From NCBI GenBank assembly GCA_051294905.1, contig CM119371.1, forward strand, positions 30,444,001 to 30,504,000: a stretch of 60,000 bases of DNA, written 5' to 3'. A program made the position numbers and the translations under genes. The notes under the pieces were generated by a model. That model saw only the letters and a program-made list of their open reading frames with translations. It had not been told where the DNA came from and ran no database searches. This DNA is from Botryllus schlosseri. Its lineage: Eukaryota. Each line of letters begins with the position of its first letter. Within the stretch, counting starts at the first letter, position 1. This document shows, one piece after another, positions 1 to 12,850 of the stretch.

Positions 1-803
1 CACTTTTCAAAACGGTTGCACATCATTGCCGTAAATGATTTTAGAAATGTGGGTGTCACAACAAATGCAACAAATTCAGACATCATACATGCAGATATAA
101 CAACAACCAACTTGAAGACCTGTTTCATCTTAGCTTATTGTGGACAAAAGGTGTCAGCGTAAAATAAATAATCTGTCTTTAATCGTGATGGCAACGCCAA
201 ATCTGCGATGAGGCATCAAATTACATATTCAATCCTTCCGTCTATTTATCACTGCGTCAGCAGGGAGCGTACCACAGAGGCCATGTATTGTATACCATTA
301 CCTCTGACTCTTGTCACCTGATACAGAACCAACTAACAAGTGCTATTCTCGAAGTCATATTCAATCAATTGGTCAAATTATCTTCAGTGTAACTTTCAAG
401 TCGAACGCCAAATCCATTTCAAAACCACCAATACCTAGGATACCGCTTGTGTTGGGTTAAAGGGACATGATATTCGCGATTCCAACCCACAAAAATGAAA
501 CGCTGCGATATCCAATGATGAATCAGGAGTCGACTCGCGAAGTAATTTGTGTCTGTTCACAAGTTTTGATCCATACCAAGTGCAAAGTTAGAGAGAAACC
601 GAAACAAGATTCCCGTGCTTCACCACTCCACTAACCTAGTGGAACTTGTGTCCGGCGCGTAGGAGCGACTGATGTCCGTGCAATTTCTGACACATCACCA
701 GAGCCCGAGTCTTCGATCCCAATACAAGCATTTAATATTAAAACCAAAATGAATCGGTTACCCCTGCAACTATTTCCACATTATCTACCATCACACTTTA
801 CTC

Positions 804-1627
804 CAGGGGCGGGCAACTGCTCTAGTCGGCGAGCCGGATATAGGAAAATTAAGTAATTGGTAGGCCGGATTGCTGAATCGATAACATTATTCGCCCATTT
901 ATCCACATATACAAGGAATAAATCGTGTTTAATGAATGTATTTTAATGACAGCAATGTCACTTCAAAGCCATTTCAAGCCGATAATTACGGACATAATTT
1001 GGATTTTGGATCAACATTGTCATACAGGCGCCGCCATGTCTGCTATTCTCTGATCAATTCACACACGGTGCAATCCTTGATTAAGATTTCAAGGCGTTTG
1101 ATAAACCCGGAACCCCAAATTTCCCAAGATATCAATTCATAGGGTTGAGTACATCGTAAATGCCGATAATGCAAGTTTCCTCGCTTCGACGAACTTACGC
1201 GTAAGCTCCACTATTACACGCTGTGCACACGTATATGATAACATACCGCTGGGCATATGTCCTCCTTTAAGAGGATTTGTCATCTTTTATAACTTTTTTG
1301 AAAGTGTCCTTGGAGGACGCCCAAATGTCCTCTTATTTGAGAATTTTGGTTAGATATAGGGCCAAATTAGACTGAAACACAATAAGTCAGCACTGTAGTA
1401 ACGCTCTGGCGGCTATTTCGGGAACTGGACCGGAAAGTAGACTTTTTTTATTTTTATTCAACCACCTGATGATATGAAAAACTGTATTTTTGAGAATTGA
1501 CCGAGAAAGTGACATTCAGCGGCTAAAATTTAACGTTCAAGGAAGTAGTGGGGAATCTCGGCAGAAGACGGGAAACTGTCCGATGACAGGAAAAAATCCC
1601 GCGGGCCGCATATGTTGCCCGTCCCTG
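804..1627. mobile_element. hAT-type non-autonomous DNA transposon (MITE)
   Basis: TIRs CAGGGGCGGGCAAC / GTTGCCCGTCCCTG; perfect 8-bp TSD CTTTACTC at 796-803 and 1628-1635. Confidence 0.85.
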
Positions 1628-4600
1628 CTTTACTCCGTTTACATAGTCACTTACCGTCATCCTTGTAGCGCTTCAGTGGTGGTGGGGTTTCTCGGTGTGA
1701 CATCACAATGCCTGGCGATCTCGTAGTGTAGGAGAATAGCTATATATATAAGCTGCAAATTTGATGGACAGGAAAACATAGATTAGGATTATGGTTACAA
1801 AAGGTATGCGCACTTGCGCAGTAGTGCGGTGGCAATGATGGAAGTCCAACTTCGGATAGGATCGCTACCTTGTAACTACAGACTTGTTCGCGAATTTTGA
1901 AAGTTCCCGATATGTTCAAATCAGCTACTATCCATCCACATTTCTCTTGACCCTCCCCGGTTACAAAGCGATTCCACGTTGCGATATCAAACGAAGGCTT
2001 ATGCGGCTGCGAAGCCCCGGGCTAGCTATAAAGATCGTATCAAATTACACAGTGCGTAGTAAAGTTTACAGCACAACGACAATTACCCTCCGACTACATA
2101 GACAAGGATGGATTTCTACGCCTGTGAAATGGCCCGCCGGGTAATTCTGCGTGACTTCTGACACAGTTCCACAGTTCTTAGTATCAGCTCGGCACTACAA
2201 ATACCTGAATGTTTAGTAACATGCCAATTCTCGGCGACGAGGAAACATGAAAAGAAAATTAACGTGGATATCTCAACAATGTATTCAGCCAATCATTTTA
2301 CAACTGTTCTGTCCAAACATGGGATATACCGAAACGTCTTCAATACATGACATACATTGCGTTGATGTAAGTATCCCGGAGTGTTACAATGGCTTTATGC
2401 AAGGCTTAAAAGACTAAACTATATATCTTCCACTTCAGACGGTTAGGGTAAAGGGAAAATTTTATAACCCAGTGATTATATTCTGTGTTAAGTTCGATTA
2501 TGCACGTTTTATGCGACCGCAGAGAACATAATGCCACTCTACACCATAAACGTACTTCGGTATTTTTCCAACTCCATTAAACATTGACAATGCTGTAGGT
2601 TGATTACAACTTCGCCTAACTGCCATTTACGGGGATTTGCGTAGATTTGTGCTACATGATTTGATGTTATGACACGAACAATCGAGGTTTCAAGACTTCC
2701 GCAACGAGAAAGAGGTATCAACACTATGATTATTTGTCATCGATGATAATATCACTCTTGGCGGATACTTCACTACGCCAAAAAATCGTACCTCATTTCG
2801 AACCATTAGAATTAATACTAGATTCGGATTCGATTACTAGAATCGGGGTGCTCAACCCTGCAAGGAATACTGCTCACGAGACAATTAGCTAAATTCATCG
2901 AAATGCCTGTGTATCATTGTATTGCGTTCACTCCGTAGCTAAACGTTACCGAATACTCTCAGAGCAGTCACTACATGGTGTTCAATTTGAAACTGACTTA
3001 TTGGATGATTTCGCAGCTTCTTCGTTTTGCGGACCTTTCGCAAAACCACCCGCTCCAGGCGTGAATAGTCTTCACAAATTATAGTATATGCTAAACGCCG
3101 ACTGTTTGGAGAATGGCAAATTCGCTCCACTATTTTGGTGCCTATTGATAGTGGTTGGAATACCGAGGACTATGATCTCTCTTGTATCTTAACTTTGTTC
3201 CGAAAGCATCTTCGTCTGGCGACTATATCTCATCACACCGTAAAACCCTTCTGGTAACAATGCATTCCGCAAGGGATATGGCCTGGAATTCAATATCTCA
3301 CGGCAAGAGCAAAAGTGAAATTGCAGCATACGTATATTATTACCTATTTACATTCAATACAGTCTACGCCGCGCTTGATGTTAGATACAGTGTGAATATG
3401 ACTAACCAATACATAAACTGCAGGTTCTTTTCGGCGGATAGTAGACGAGTAATCATAACATCGTTCAGTATATATACTATATAATAGTCTTGCGGACTTA
3501 TTCCGCAGCATCAATACGCTACAAATCTACCTAGGATCGCTATTCCCTAATCGTCAGCTCAGAAAAAGAAACCGTCTAGCATTGATCTGAAACGAGGCGA
3601 GACGTGTGTGGGCGACGCGAAGATATTCCTCGGCATTGAGCCGACGGGACAACAACGCACTTTAGGTAGACATTAAATAAATATTGAACAGTTGCGAGTT
3701 TACGAACACAACAAGAACGACTAGTATTGAAACGAAATGCCTTTATAGTGGCGACGCGTCCATAATGATGGTATATATTCCATTGAATTATAATACTATG
3801 GTATTGCGACGGTGGAATGGAAAATGAATTGCTTATTTATTGGTTCTACTTCATTCAATCATTCCCCTGCGTAATCATGAATAGACACATTCACAGCTGA
3901 CCTTCAGTCGGGTTCCAAAAATCTAATAATTTATCATCACTGGTCCACGGCATAAAATTATTCAAGGAAGCCCTCGATGAGAGATATGTAAACTGCACAA
4001 GCACATTGCACAGTGTACAGGACATGTAAAAGTACAATTTGTACGTCGTCCACCCATTCGTCCACCCATTTGTCATGAGCCAATGTCTAATAGAGACTAT
4101 CCATAACCCATAAACGTTTGACAAACTTATTCTAAAAGTCGGCGGAAACGCAGTTTGCCAGATGTAATCCGTATGCTGGAAGTAAATTTGCTCGTACAAC
4201 CCGTAATTAGTGACGTCCAAATACTCCATAACAATGGGTGGAATGATGTAGTGGGGAACACGCAGCAACTTATAGCGGGTGCTGATAAGTGATATTATAA
4301 CTCGCACTACATCTTGCCTAAAACGGTATATCTGACTCTGCTGCATTGTATTTTTATTATCAATTCAAAGGTCCACAAGATTGCCGTAACATGTAAAGAT
4401 AGGAATGTATCGAAAATTGTAGTAGTATTTCAATTATACATCCACCCTGGCCTGAAGATGTAAATTAGAGGCATGCACGCTGCACAGTCCACACTGCACA
4501 GCTGCTCACTAAACGAAAAGTAAAATAAGGCAACTTATATGAAGGAAAGCGGTGAAAGTATAGAGGTATGTGTCGAAGGGTAGACGACGTCAATATGTCA

Positions 4601-4754
4601 TATCCTTGTCCCGTAATCTAAGTAGGCTACTGACTACCTACCCCTGCAAGGCTAAAAATTACGTTAACTCTATGCCCACCGCATTATGAATCGGATGAGA
4701 ATACGTACACTAATGCCATGGTCTCAGTGACCGCACCTTATCGACAGAAAACTC

Positions 4755-4895
4755 TTTATAAAAAGTCTAGAAGTGGGCCTTGCTACAAGCCGGCAACTAT
4801 GGAGTATAAATGAAGAAATTATCCTGTTGTAAATGACCAATGACCATTGACCATAGTAGTTGACAAACTCCAAGAACACCACAAACAACAACACA
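4755..4895 (+). mobile_element. 3' fragment of tRNA-derived SINE family
   Basis: Similar to the body/tail of the SINE at 54080 and copies at ~22045 and ~40265; (CAA)-type tail; boundaries approximate. Confidence 0.55.
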
Positions 4896-6394
4896 TCTGG
4901 TGGTGTTGACGTAGCGCATCTGGTCTGCTGCTAATGCTGTCGTGTAAATAGCGAACAGGAATCACGCACTGGTAATATAGATTTTATTCTAAAATATTTG
5001 CTGAAGCAATATGGTATTTCATACATGGATACATTCGAGATTTTCCGGATATATCACGCGCGACGCCATGGCTACAGTGTATTGGCGCGAATGTAACATC
5101 TGGACTAAAATGGGGCGAGATGTGATATGTGGGCGAAGCGAATATATTGGTATAGACATTGAGCCTCTGGATAACACTAACAACGTATACATTAATAAAT
5201 AAAAATTGATCAATCGCGAGTAAGCGTGACGAACTGAGCAAACAAGACTACTAACAAAAACGAAATATCTTGCTGTGGTGACACCTCCATAACTAAGTTA
5301 ATAAAGTATATTGAATTACTATATTACGATATGACGATGGTGGATAGGAAAAAGAATAGCTTGTTTATTGATTCTTCGATATTCAAATTCATTCATCCCG
5401 TTGTGAAATTATGAAAATACGCAAGGTCTTCAGGAGAATAACCACTGTTTTACGACTTACAATTCTTCAAGCTCTTGCTAAGAAACATTGAGTGCAGAGT
5501 GTAGCGTGCAAATGATGTAAAAGTACATATACATTGAACAATGAACACGTAGTGTATTGCACATCGTGCGGGAATATCTACTCATTCGTGATTCGCTAAT
5601 GTAATTGATATGAAACAACTACTACAAGAAATATATAGGCTACACATAGCCCAGTTGAATAATTCCAATGCGAGGAGCCCATTTCGAAATTTAATTTAAT
5701 TTTGTTCTATCAATCACAGCGTATATATTGTACATCGACATGCCCTGGTGAAATCATAGGATTGGGATTGTCTCAACCATTCATGCTGTGCTTGTTTGGT
5801 TCACTCCGGAAATATAAATGTGGTAACTGGTAAGTCTGATGTTTTACGGACTTGTATGCTCGCATGAATTTTTGTGACACAGCAGTTCAAGAATTCTGCA
5901 CGCGTCATTGCATTCCAATATTGTCATTGTCTGTGCAAACAATACGCTACGAGCGCTTGAGAACAGCTACGATTTTCGTCAGGCAATAAATGTCCCGGTA
6001 AGTCTGCAAAAATTGAACGAAGAGCTATCCAATATAGGACTTTATCACAGACGTTAGGCCATGAATGATGATGTAGTAATGCCGGAACGGATGGTACCAG
6101 CCTCACGTCATTATTTTCATACCACATAGCATTCCAACTACAGTACGATATTAATGTTGAATCGATACTATCACCATCTTCCTGGTGTGGTATACATAAA
6201 TATGATTTCGCGCTATTTCTTGATTCAGCTTGCGAATCAGGTTTGGTGAAAAATCGGGAAATATCAAGAAAGCGAAATACACCAGACAGTGAGAGATATA
6301 CTATAATGCGTTCGATAGACAGGGAAATTTGAACAGCTTCTTGGAGGTACAGAACTTCACTATACAATTAAAATGTATATTCATATTGAAATGA

Positions 6395-6438
6395 ACCCGA
6401 ATATTTTCAGCTGACACTCGTCAGGGGTAATCGTCAGC
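6395..6438 (-). ncRNA. Minimal type I hammerhead ribozyme motif (family A; G10.1-U11.1 wobble)
   Basis: Reverse complement GCUGACG-AUU-ACCC-CUGACGA-G-UGUCAGC-U-GAAA-AUAU-UC-GGGU; same strand as the GIY-YIG ORF and downstream of it. Confidence 0.7.
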
Positions 6439-6549
6439 AACTAGTAGACAATTCAAAAGAACATCGTATATCAACAATCGTATCACAAAATAAGACGTCA
6501 CCAGCATGAAATGTCGAGTACGAGAGCGTTCAATGTACAATTTTTAGAT

Positions 6550-6747
6550 CAGTGGTTCCCAACCTGGAGGTGCACCCCCCCCCCCCTTGAGGGGGCGTGA
6601 AAGCATCTAAAGGGGGCGCGAAGGAGCGGTCAACTGAAAAAAATTCGCGCACTGCGCGATTTACCTCCAATTCACGCGTGTTTCTCTCTCTCTATATATA
6701 TATCTATCATATAGGGGGCGTTTTTTAAGAAAGGTTGGGAACCACTA
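6550..6747. mobile_element. hAT MITE inserted in the Penelope-like element
   Basis: TIRs CAGTGGTTCCCAACC / GGTTGGGAACCACTA; 8-bp TSD TTTTAGAT. Confidence 0.85.
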
Positions 6748-7163
6748 TTTTAGATGATAGACGAACTCTCTTTGATGACACAGCATTGGCTGGTGTATTT
6801 TGATAAAAGTCGACTCCAAGGCACACAAATGAAAGTGTGAACGACCCTTTCCGAGTATGCGAAATCTGTCGTCTCGTTAATTTTTCGCACAGGCGGGATT
6901 ATCCAACAAGAGTTTGGCAATTGCAGAATTTATGGCCTTCAATTGTTCTGCATCAATCTTGAGCGGATGAGTTAAGGGTGAGCTTTCCACCGAGCGTGTT
7001 CTAATGAATCTGGGGACATGCTGATTTAGGCGTTCCTGCAAGCGCTTTGACGTTCTTCCCACGTAGCCACAATCACACTGTCACTTGAAATTCGTAAACT
7101 ACAATTCGTCATATTTTGTGATACGATTGTTGATATACGATGTTCTTTTTAATTCTACTACTT

Positions 7164-7207
7164 GTTGACGATTACCCCTGACGAGTGTCAGCCGAAAATA
7201 TCCGGGT
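7164..7207 (+). ncRNA. Hammerhead motif, family A, probably inactive copy
   Basis: ACCC-CUGACGA-G-UGUCAGC-C-GAAA-AUAU-CC-GGGU; U16.1 is replaced by C relative to the other copies. Confidence 0.55.
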
Positions 7208-8531
7208 TCATTTCAATATGATTAATGATTATACTATTCAACGGGTAAATTTCTATAGAGTCTGGTTGCTAAACCCGAAACTAATTCGCCCTTCGCGTCG
7301 CAATCCGATACGACATATCCGCACCCAGCGATGTAATGCAATATCTGTGTATAAAGCACGATCGGGCTGCAATCTAGGTACATCGAATGTTAACGTCACG
7401 GACCATTGGATTTATAGGCTACCCAACGCTGCAACAGCGGCGAACGACCCGACCATAACATCGGCGTCCCCGGCATACGAGGTAAACCGATTCCGTGAAG
7501 GCTTTCACTATAAATATAATGTACGTTATATACAGTTACAATACTAGCGCTCTGCGCTAGCATATAGCCTAGTTTCCAGCTGGTATGTAGTGATAAGTTG
7601 GACAATTATATACAGAGGTCGCCTTGTGGCATTTGGAGGCATGTTAGACGTTGCACGCTGGCTTTCTTTGCGATTTCTAGCGCCATACAATCTCAAACAC
7701 AGTAACACACTGCCAAACGGCTAATCCCTCATTGCTCCGTGTAGTTCTTATTATAGCTCGAAATGGGCTTCCTTAGCAGAAAAAACCTGACGACACACTG
7801 TATAATATCGCTGCTTCTGATTTCTAAAAAGCGTAGACTGGCTTTGATACTCTGCATATCAACACCGACTGAGAATTGAAATCTTCTGCCTTCGAGCGTT
7901 ACCTATAGAACGCCAGCGCGCTCATAATTTCGTATAATTACATTCTTCGTACCAAGATGTTACCGTATGCACGCTAGTCGCAGTGAAACCAACTGCCCTG
8001 TGAACTGTAGCGCCTTCGCTTCACGGACGCTGGTTATCGTGAAGACTTCCGCAATGCCACGCGCATTTATCACGAATAGCTGAGATGTGGACATTGGTAA
8101 ATGAACTCTATTCTACAACGTCGGTTCTTGGCTGGTATCTCATTTGACACATCGGTAACGGTTATAACATAACAGCGTCGTTTCACCCTGGTGCGGTATA
8201 TAAGCCCGACACGATGCTTAAATGGACAGGACACTGCTATCTAAATATGGTGTGTTCTTGAATTCAAGATGAGAGTGAAAAAGGAATTTTGGCAGCAGCC
8301 ATTTTCTTCAGAGTGGCACCGTACCGTATTCGAACTGTAGCGAAAAGAATTTTACGAAAAATACGATTCCGGTCAATCTCTGTGATATCGAGGAGACGCT
8401 TTTAACCTTTTGCGAAAGTTTTGGCACGCATTTCATCAATGTTATATTAATCTTTTTCAATGCGGTCAGGGATAGAATGCGAGAGAGAGAATTTCTTGCT
8501 TCGTCAACCGAAACAAACAACAAACACTTGG

Positions 8532-8750
8532 GAGTATGTAAAAAATCCCCCCAAACGACAACACACACAGGGAGAGAAAGAAAGAGATTTTATACAGACT
8601 ACAGAGTATGTCTCTGTAGTAACTACAGATACTCTGTAGTCTGTATAAAATCTCTTTCTTTCTCTCCCTGTGTGTGTTGTCGTTTGGGGGGATTTTTTAC
8701 ATACTCAGACATACTACAGTGTAGTATGTCTGAGTATGTCAAAAATCCCC
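8532..8750. repeat. Compound foldback (nested inverted repeats)
   Basis: 78-bp arms 8532-8609 / 8629-8706, plus an overlapping second palindrome 8688-8750. Confidence 0.9.
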
Positions 8751-8761
8751 ACAAATGAAAT

Positions 8762-10024
8762 CACGTGACATACTAGTTGCGATCAAAACAAGGGATTGGA
8801 TGCATAAGCACTACTATCTGCAAGGCACAAGCGAAGGCAAAAAAGTGTACAAAAATATGCAAACCAAGTGACACATATGAAAGCAAATGCCAAAAAAGCA
8901 TACTTCCAGAAAAGATTCGAAGAGTGCTCCAAAGATCCCAAGAATACATGGAAAACCACTGGAGAAATTATCAACCTAACTAAAGGTAATGCTCCCAAGA
9001 GTGCTGTTGACATCGAGCTACTCGAGTATGGCAGCATGATCAAAGACCAGCTTGCAGTAGCAGAAAAGTTCAATCAATATTTTGCAACATTGGTCCGGAT
9101 CTTGCAGCTTCAATACCAAACTCCTCCAATGACTTTCTCTCGTACTTGAGTCCTGGCCCGCAGAAATCCATTTTTCATGAGCCGACAAGTAAAGGAGAAG
9201 TTGCGATCATATTATCTGAAATGAAAAGTAACAAAGCAGTAGGACCCGATCTCATCCCAACTCACTTTCTGAAGCTAGTTTTTTAATATTATTGGCGATG
9301 TTATATGAATTTTCTTTAATGAGTCGATACGTCTAGTCATTTTCCCAGGTGCACTGAAAACTGCCAGAGTAATGCCAGTGTTTAAGAAAGGCTGTAAAAA
9401 GCTAATTTCTAACTACCGACCAATATCTGTTTTGCCAAATCTTGCCACGTTTTTTGAGAAACTGATTGACTGCCGACTCAAGAATTTTTTTGAATTGAAT
9501 GCAGTATAGTCTCCAACTCAGCATGGATTCAGATCAAACCACAACACCAACCATGCAATACTATCAATTGTAACGGACTATATTACAAAACCGTCAAGCA
9601 AAAAAAAAGTGGCTTCAGCATTTTTATCGACCTCCGCAAATCTTTCGACACAGTTAACCACAGAATCTTAAGATACAAGCTAGAACACTGTGGAATCAGG
9701 GGTATTGCAGCAACTCTACTTGAAAGCTACCTGGAAAATCGCAAACAATTTGTTAAACTGGGGACATTAAGAACGACTACCAGAGATAAAACTTGTGGAG
9801 TGCCACAAGGCTCAGTCCTTGGACCGACTTTTTTTCTCATTTATATTAACGATATTGTTAATGCATCTTTTTTCCGCACACCCCTATTTGCTGATGATAC
9901 TCTCCTCTTCGTAACCTCCAACACTGTCGATGATTTGCATGCATCTGTGAATAGGGAACTCCCAAAAGCGTCGAGATGGCTGCAAGCAAACGAACTAAGT
10001 TTGAATGCAGATAAGACTGAGAGC
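8762..10024 (+). mobile_element. Decayed L2/CR1-clade LINE ORF2 (reverse transcriptase) fragment
   Basis: Broken frames carry KAVGPD.IP, NYRPISVL, QHGFR, DLRKSFDTVNH, GVPQGSVLGP, LFADDT; multiple stops and frameshifts. Confidence 0.9.
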
Positions 10025-10025
10025 A

Positions 10026-10372
10026 TATAGTGTCCTATATGGTGTCGACACAGGCAAATTTCACGCCTCAATGAAATTGTATCACGTCACAATTTTCATT
10101 TGGCTACAGGCAATTTGACGGTCATTTTTGACCGGCTTTCCGAGTATTAAATTTGGTAAAACGGGTATCAATCGAAATCTGACACTGCACTGATTACGAA
10201 AATATAAATTTTATTCCGATCGTGGCCCTGGAACTCCCACAATAAGCCTCGAATTTTTTATTGTTATGGAGATTGGCATTGGGACGCAACAATGCAGAAC
10301 AATGCTGTCTGGCTCTTTTTCTTTTGAGCTACTCTATCGTTTCGCCAAACAGCATTGTTGCGTCCCAATGCC
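10026..10372. mobile_element. Truncated copy of the foldback element at 55865-56450
   Basis: Starts ATAGTGTCCTATATGGTGTCGACAC and matches one arm plus the spacer; lies where the LINE fragment ends. Confidence 0.85.
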
Positions 10373-11225
10373 CAAGTAATATATTCTAGTGCGGAGCGGA
10401 TCGACAAATTCTCTGGTCCGGCTCCGATCCGGTTTGCCAATTCTCTGGTCCGGATCCGGCCGTATCAGGAAAAAGTACTGATCCGGATCCGATCCGGCTC
10501 TGGCCTAAAATGAGAAAGTCCTGCCGGAAATCCGGCCCAACACGGTACGCTGGTTCCGTGAATTTAAAATATGGCTCGTTTTTTTCGCTCTGGCTTGGCG
10601 GTTACTTGCGTGTTGTTGGTTGGTAGTTAATTAGTTACAAACGTCATGTTTATCCATAAAGATTCTGGCCTTATCAAAAAAGTAGTGACCCGGCAAGAAT
10701 TTCAACAAATAATGCATACATACATACTAAGATAACTCTCGTGCCACCGAAAATTATACCCCTCGCGACCCATACATTAAAGGACCCTGCGAGAGAGAGA
10801 GAGAGTCTTTATTTTCATCCAACCAAAGTACATAACACATAGCAGTGATGGCGGTACAGAAAATATGCATGCACAGTATTCGGTATCAGATAGGAATGAT
10901 CGATAAGACCGTGAAAGTCATCTAGTCTGATCACACCACCTTCAAACAGGTACGCTTGACTCTAAACAGTCTTGGCTGTAAAAAATGTTAATCTGTATTA
11001 CAGTGTTGCAAATGTGCGTCTGTAATGGTGGCATTTTTACATACTACCTTCATTCCTCGTGCCATTCAAACCGTTATTACGGAATTATGATGACTGTCGA
11101 AAAGAAGAATGCGGAAAGTCAATTTTACGTCATTTTCCCGCGTGTCGTAGGCTCAGACGCGCTGATTCAGTGCCTGCCTCAACACCTGCTTGCGAACTGG
11201 ACTTTCGATTATGTTATAATAATAG

Positions 11226-11605
11226 AGTATTGCTTTCACAACTACATTCATTGCAGTAAAGAATTTATTAACTCGAAGACTTTTCGTGTGCCCCTTATCG
11301 AGAGTTAACGGCACGATAATAAGCATACAGAGAGAGATTCAAACGAAAACCAAATTGGCAGAGCATGGCGTAATAATACAATAATAAAAAATTAACGCTA
11401 GGCAAAGTCAGCTGTTCCGGTAGTCATAACAAGAGACGAGAGAGTATCAAATTATACAATAATGCACGGAAGACAACACACAGACAAATAGCGGTATATA
11501 TTAATAAATAACGGTATATATTAATAAAGTTAATGAATTCTTTACTACAATGAATGTAGTTGTGAAAGCAATACTCAAGTTTAGTACCGCCAACCATATT
11601 TTCAA
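11226..11605 (-). mobile_element. Second Penelope-type terminal-repeat insertion (family B)
   Basis: 49-bp inverted repeats 11225-11273 / 11529-11577; 13-bp direct repeat GTTATAATAATAG at 11213 and 11606; hammerhead-like motif next to the left arm; no coding remnant seen. Confidence 0.55.
11268..11315 (-). ncRNA. Variant minimal hammerhead motif (family B; U3-A8, C4)
   Basis: Reverse complement CGUGCCG-UUAACUC-UCGAUAA-G-GGGCACA-C-GAAA-AGUCU-UC-GAGUUAA; 7-bp stem I. Confidence 0.6.
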
Positions 11606-12328
11606 GTTATAATAATAGTGCGAAAATATGAATTCACTGCGGCTGGTGCGAGATAAAGTTACTGTAAAAGTCACGAATAGTGGTGTGACTTATGATAAAC
11701 AAGTTATCACAAATGCGTCGCAACGACCAAATAGGACCCATGAATTTCGGCAGAAAAAGTAACATATATGACGATATTCATGTACACTCAGGTGACTCAG
11801 CCGTATCACTTTTATCATTCGTACTATAATTATCTCCATCCGCACAAGCTCGTACCATCCAACAGGTTGAAAGGCACTGCTCTGTAGTTTTGCAAATGCA
11901 CCTTTAGTTAGATGTCATAGCTTTTGAATATCGGCTGACCATATCGGTTTTATCGGTGAAGGTGCCAGTTATCGAGTCATCGGTTTCGGCTCAAACATCC
12001 AATACAGGTCTGGCTCTACTTACGATACCACGACGGTTCAGCTACTGTAAGTTACAGTAAGTATAGGCCTATAAGGTATCGGAGCTCAACGGACAACGTA
12101 ACAACGGCGACCGAAGACGGGTATGGTACCGGCAATGGGGGCGAGCTCGAAGGGGGGCACAAAATTACTTCGTGAATTACCATAAACTATGGTGTAAATT
12201 TTGATCGCGCTAGGCGCGATTTAATGTTGTTGAATCTCTTCATTATTGGGTTCCCTTCCCCAAAGAAAAAAATATAGGCATGATTTATAGAAATTGGCAT
12301 TTCGGCGTGCCATTACCGCGCCACGACG

Positions 12329-12655
12329 AAGTTTTAGGCCATGTAACATGCGACTCCGAGAAGTGTGCCAGAACGATCGGCTGAGAGAAAACCTTTGCCG
12401 AAAAGGACTGCCCTTATGCTGACCGAACACTTCGATATACAGACATCTACATATATGTTCATTGTTCATGTTCAATTGTCCATATAAGAGCCTATAAATG
12501 GATGGCGCCAAATGTTCCTGTCCTGGAAATAAGGCAAAATGCCTTCCCGCAGTGGAAAATTATTTGCAAGTGAAGAAATAGCAATTTGAAATCGTGTGCG
12601 TCTTTTAGTTTGGTATGTTTGGGCGATTTTAGTATCTTTTGACATAGAACACAGG
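12329..12655. repeat. Unclassified interspersed repeat; second copy at ~58882-59213
   Basis: Long colinear similarity starting AAGTTTTAGG(C/A)CATGTAACATGCGACTCC. Confidence 0.75.
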
Positions 12656-12657
12656 AG

Positions 12658-12850
12658 CAATGTCCCCTTAATTCTTGATGAGTCTGCGCACACTCACCAA
12701 CTCACTGCGCAGAACCGTAGACAACAGTGCATAACGACTAAAAAAAAGGTCATCACTTCGGATTTTTTGTGCGCAAATTAGATTTTCTGTGCGCAGATAC
12801 CGTGTAAGCACTGCGCATTTGCGCACGTGCGCAGCTTAGAGGGGACATCG
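12658..12850. mobile_element. Short MITE; related copies at ~22310-22440 and 42888-43081
   Basis: Imperfect TIRs CAATGTCCCCTTAAT / TTAGAGGGGACATCG; shared internal sequence. Confidence 0.65.

Larger units (their letters stand above)
6377..7222 (-). mobile_element. 5'-truncated Penelope-like retroelement: GIY-YIG endonuclease remnant between inverted terminal repeats
   Basis: Minus strand reads VVYEF..CDCGYVGRTSKRLQERLNQH...SAIAKLL...FRILGK...LESTFIKIHQPMLCHQREFVY with a frameshift and a stop; ~120-bp inverted repeats at ~6380-6498 and ~7107-7222. Confidence 0.85.

Noticed and set aside
1466..1490. Hammerhead-like CTGATGA..GAAA
   Set aside because: No G-C stem II, and no stem I or III
3891..4346. 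151-aa minus-strand ORF as a gene
   Set aside because: No recognisable motif or supporting splice structure
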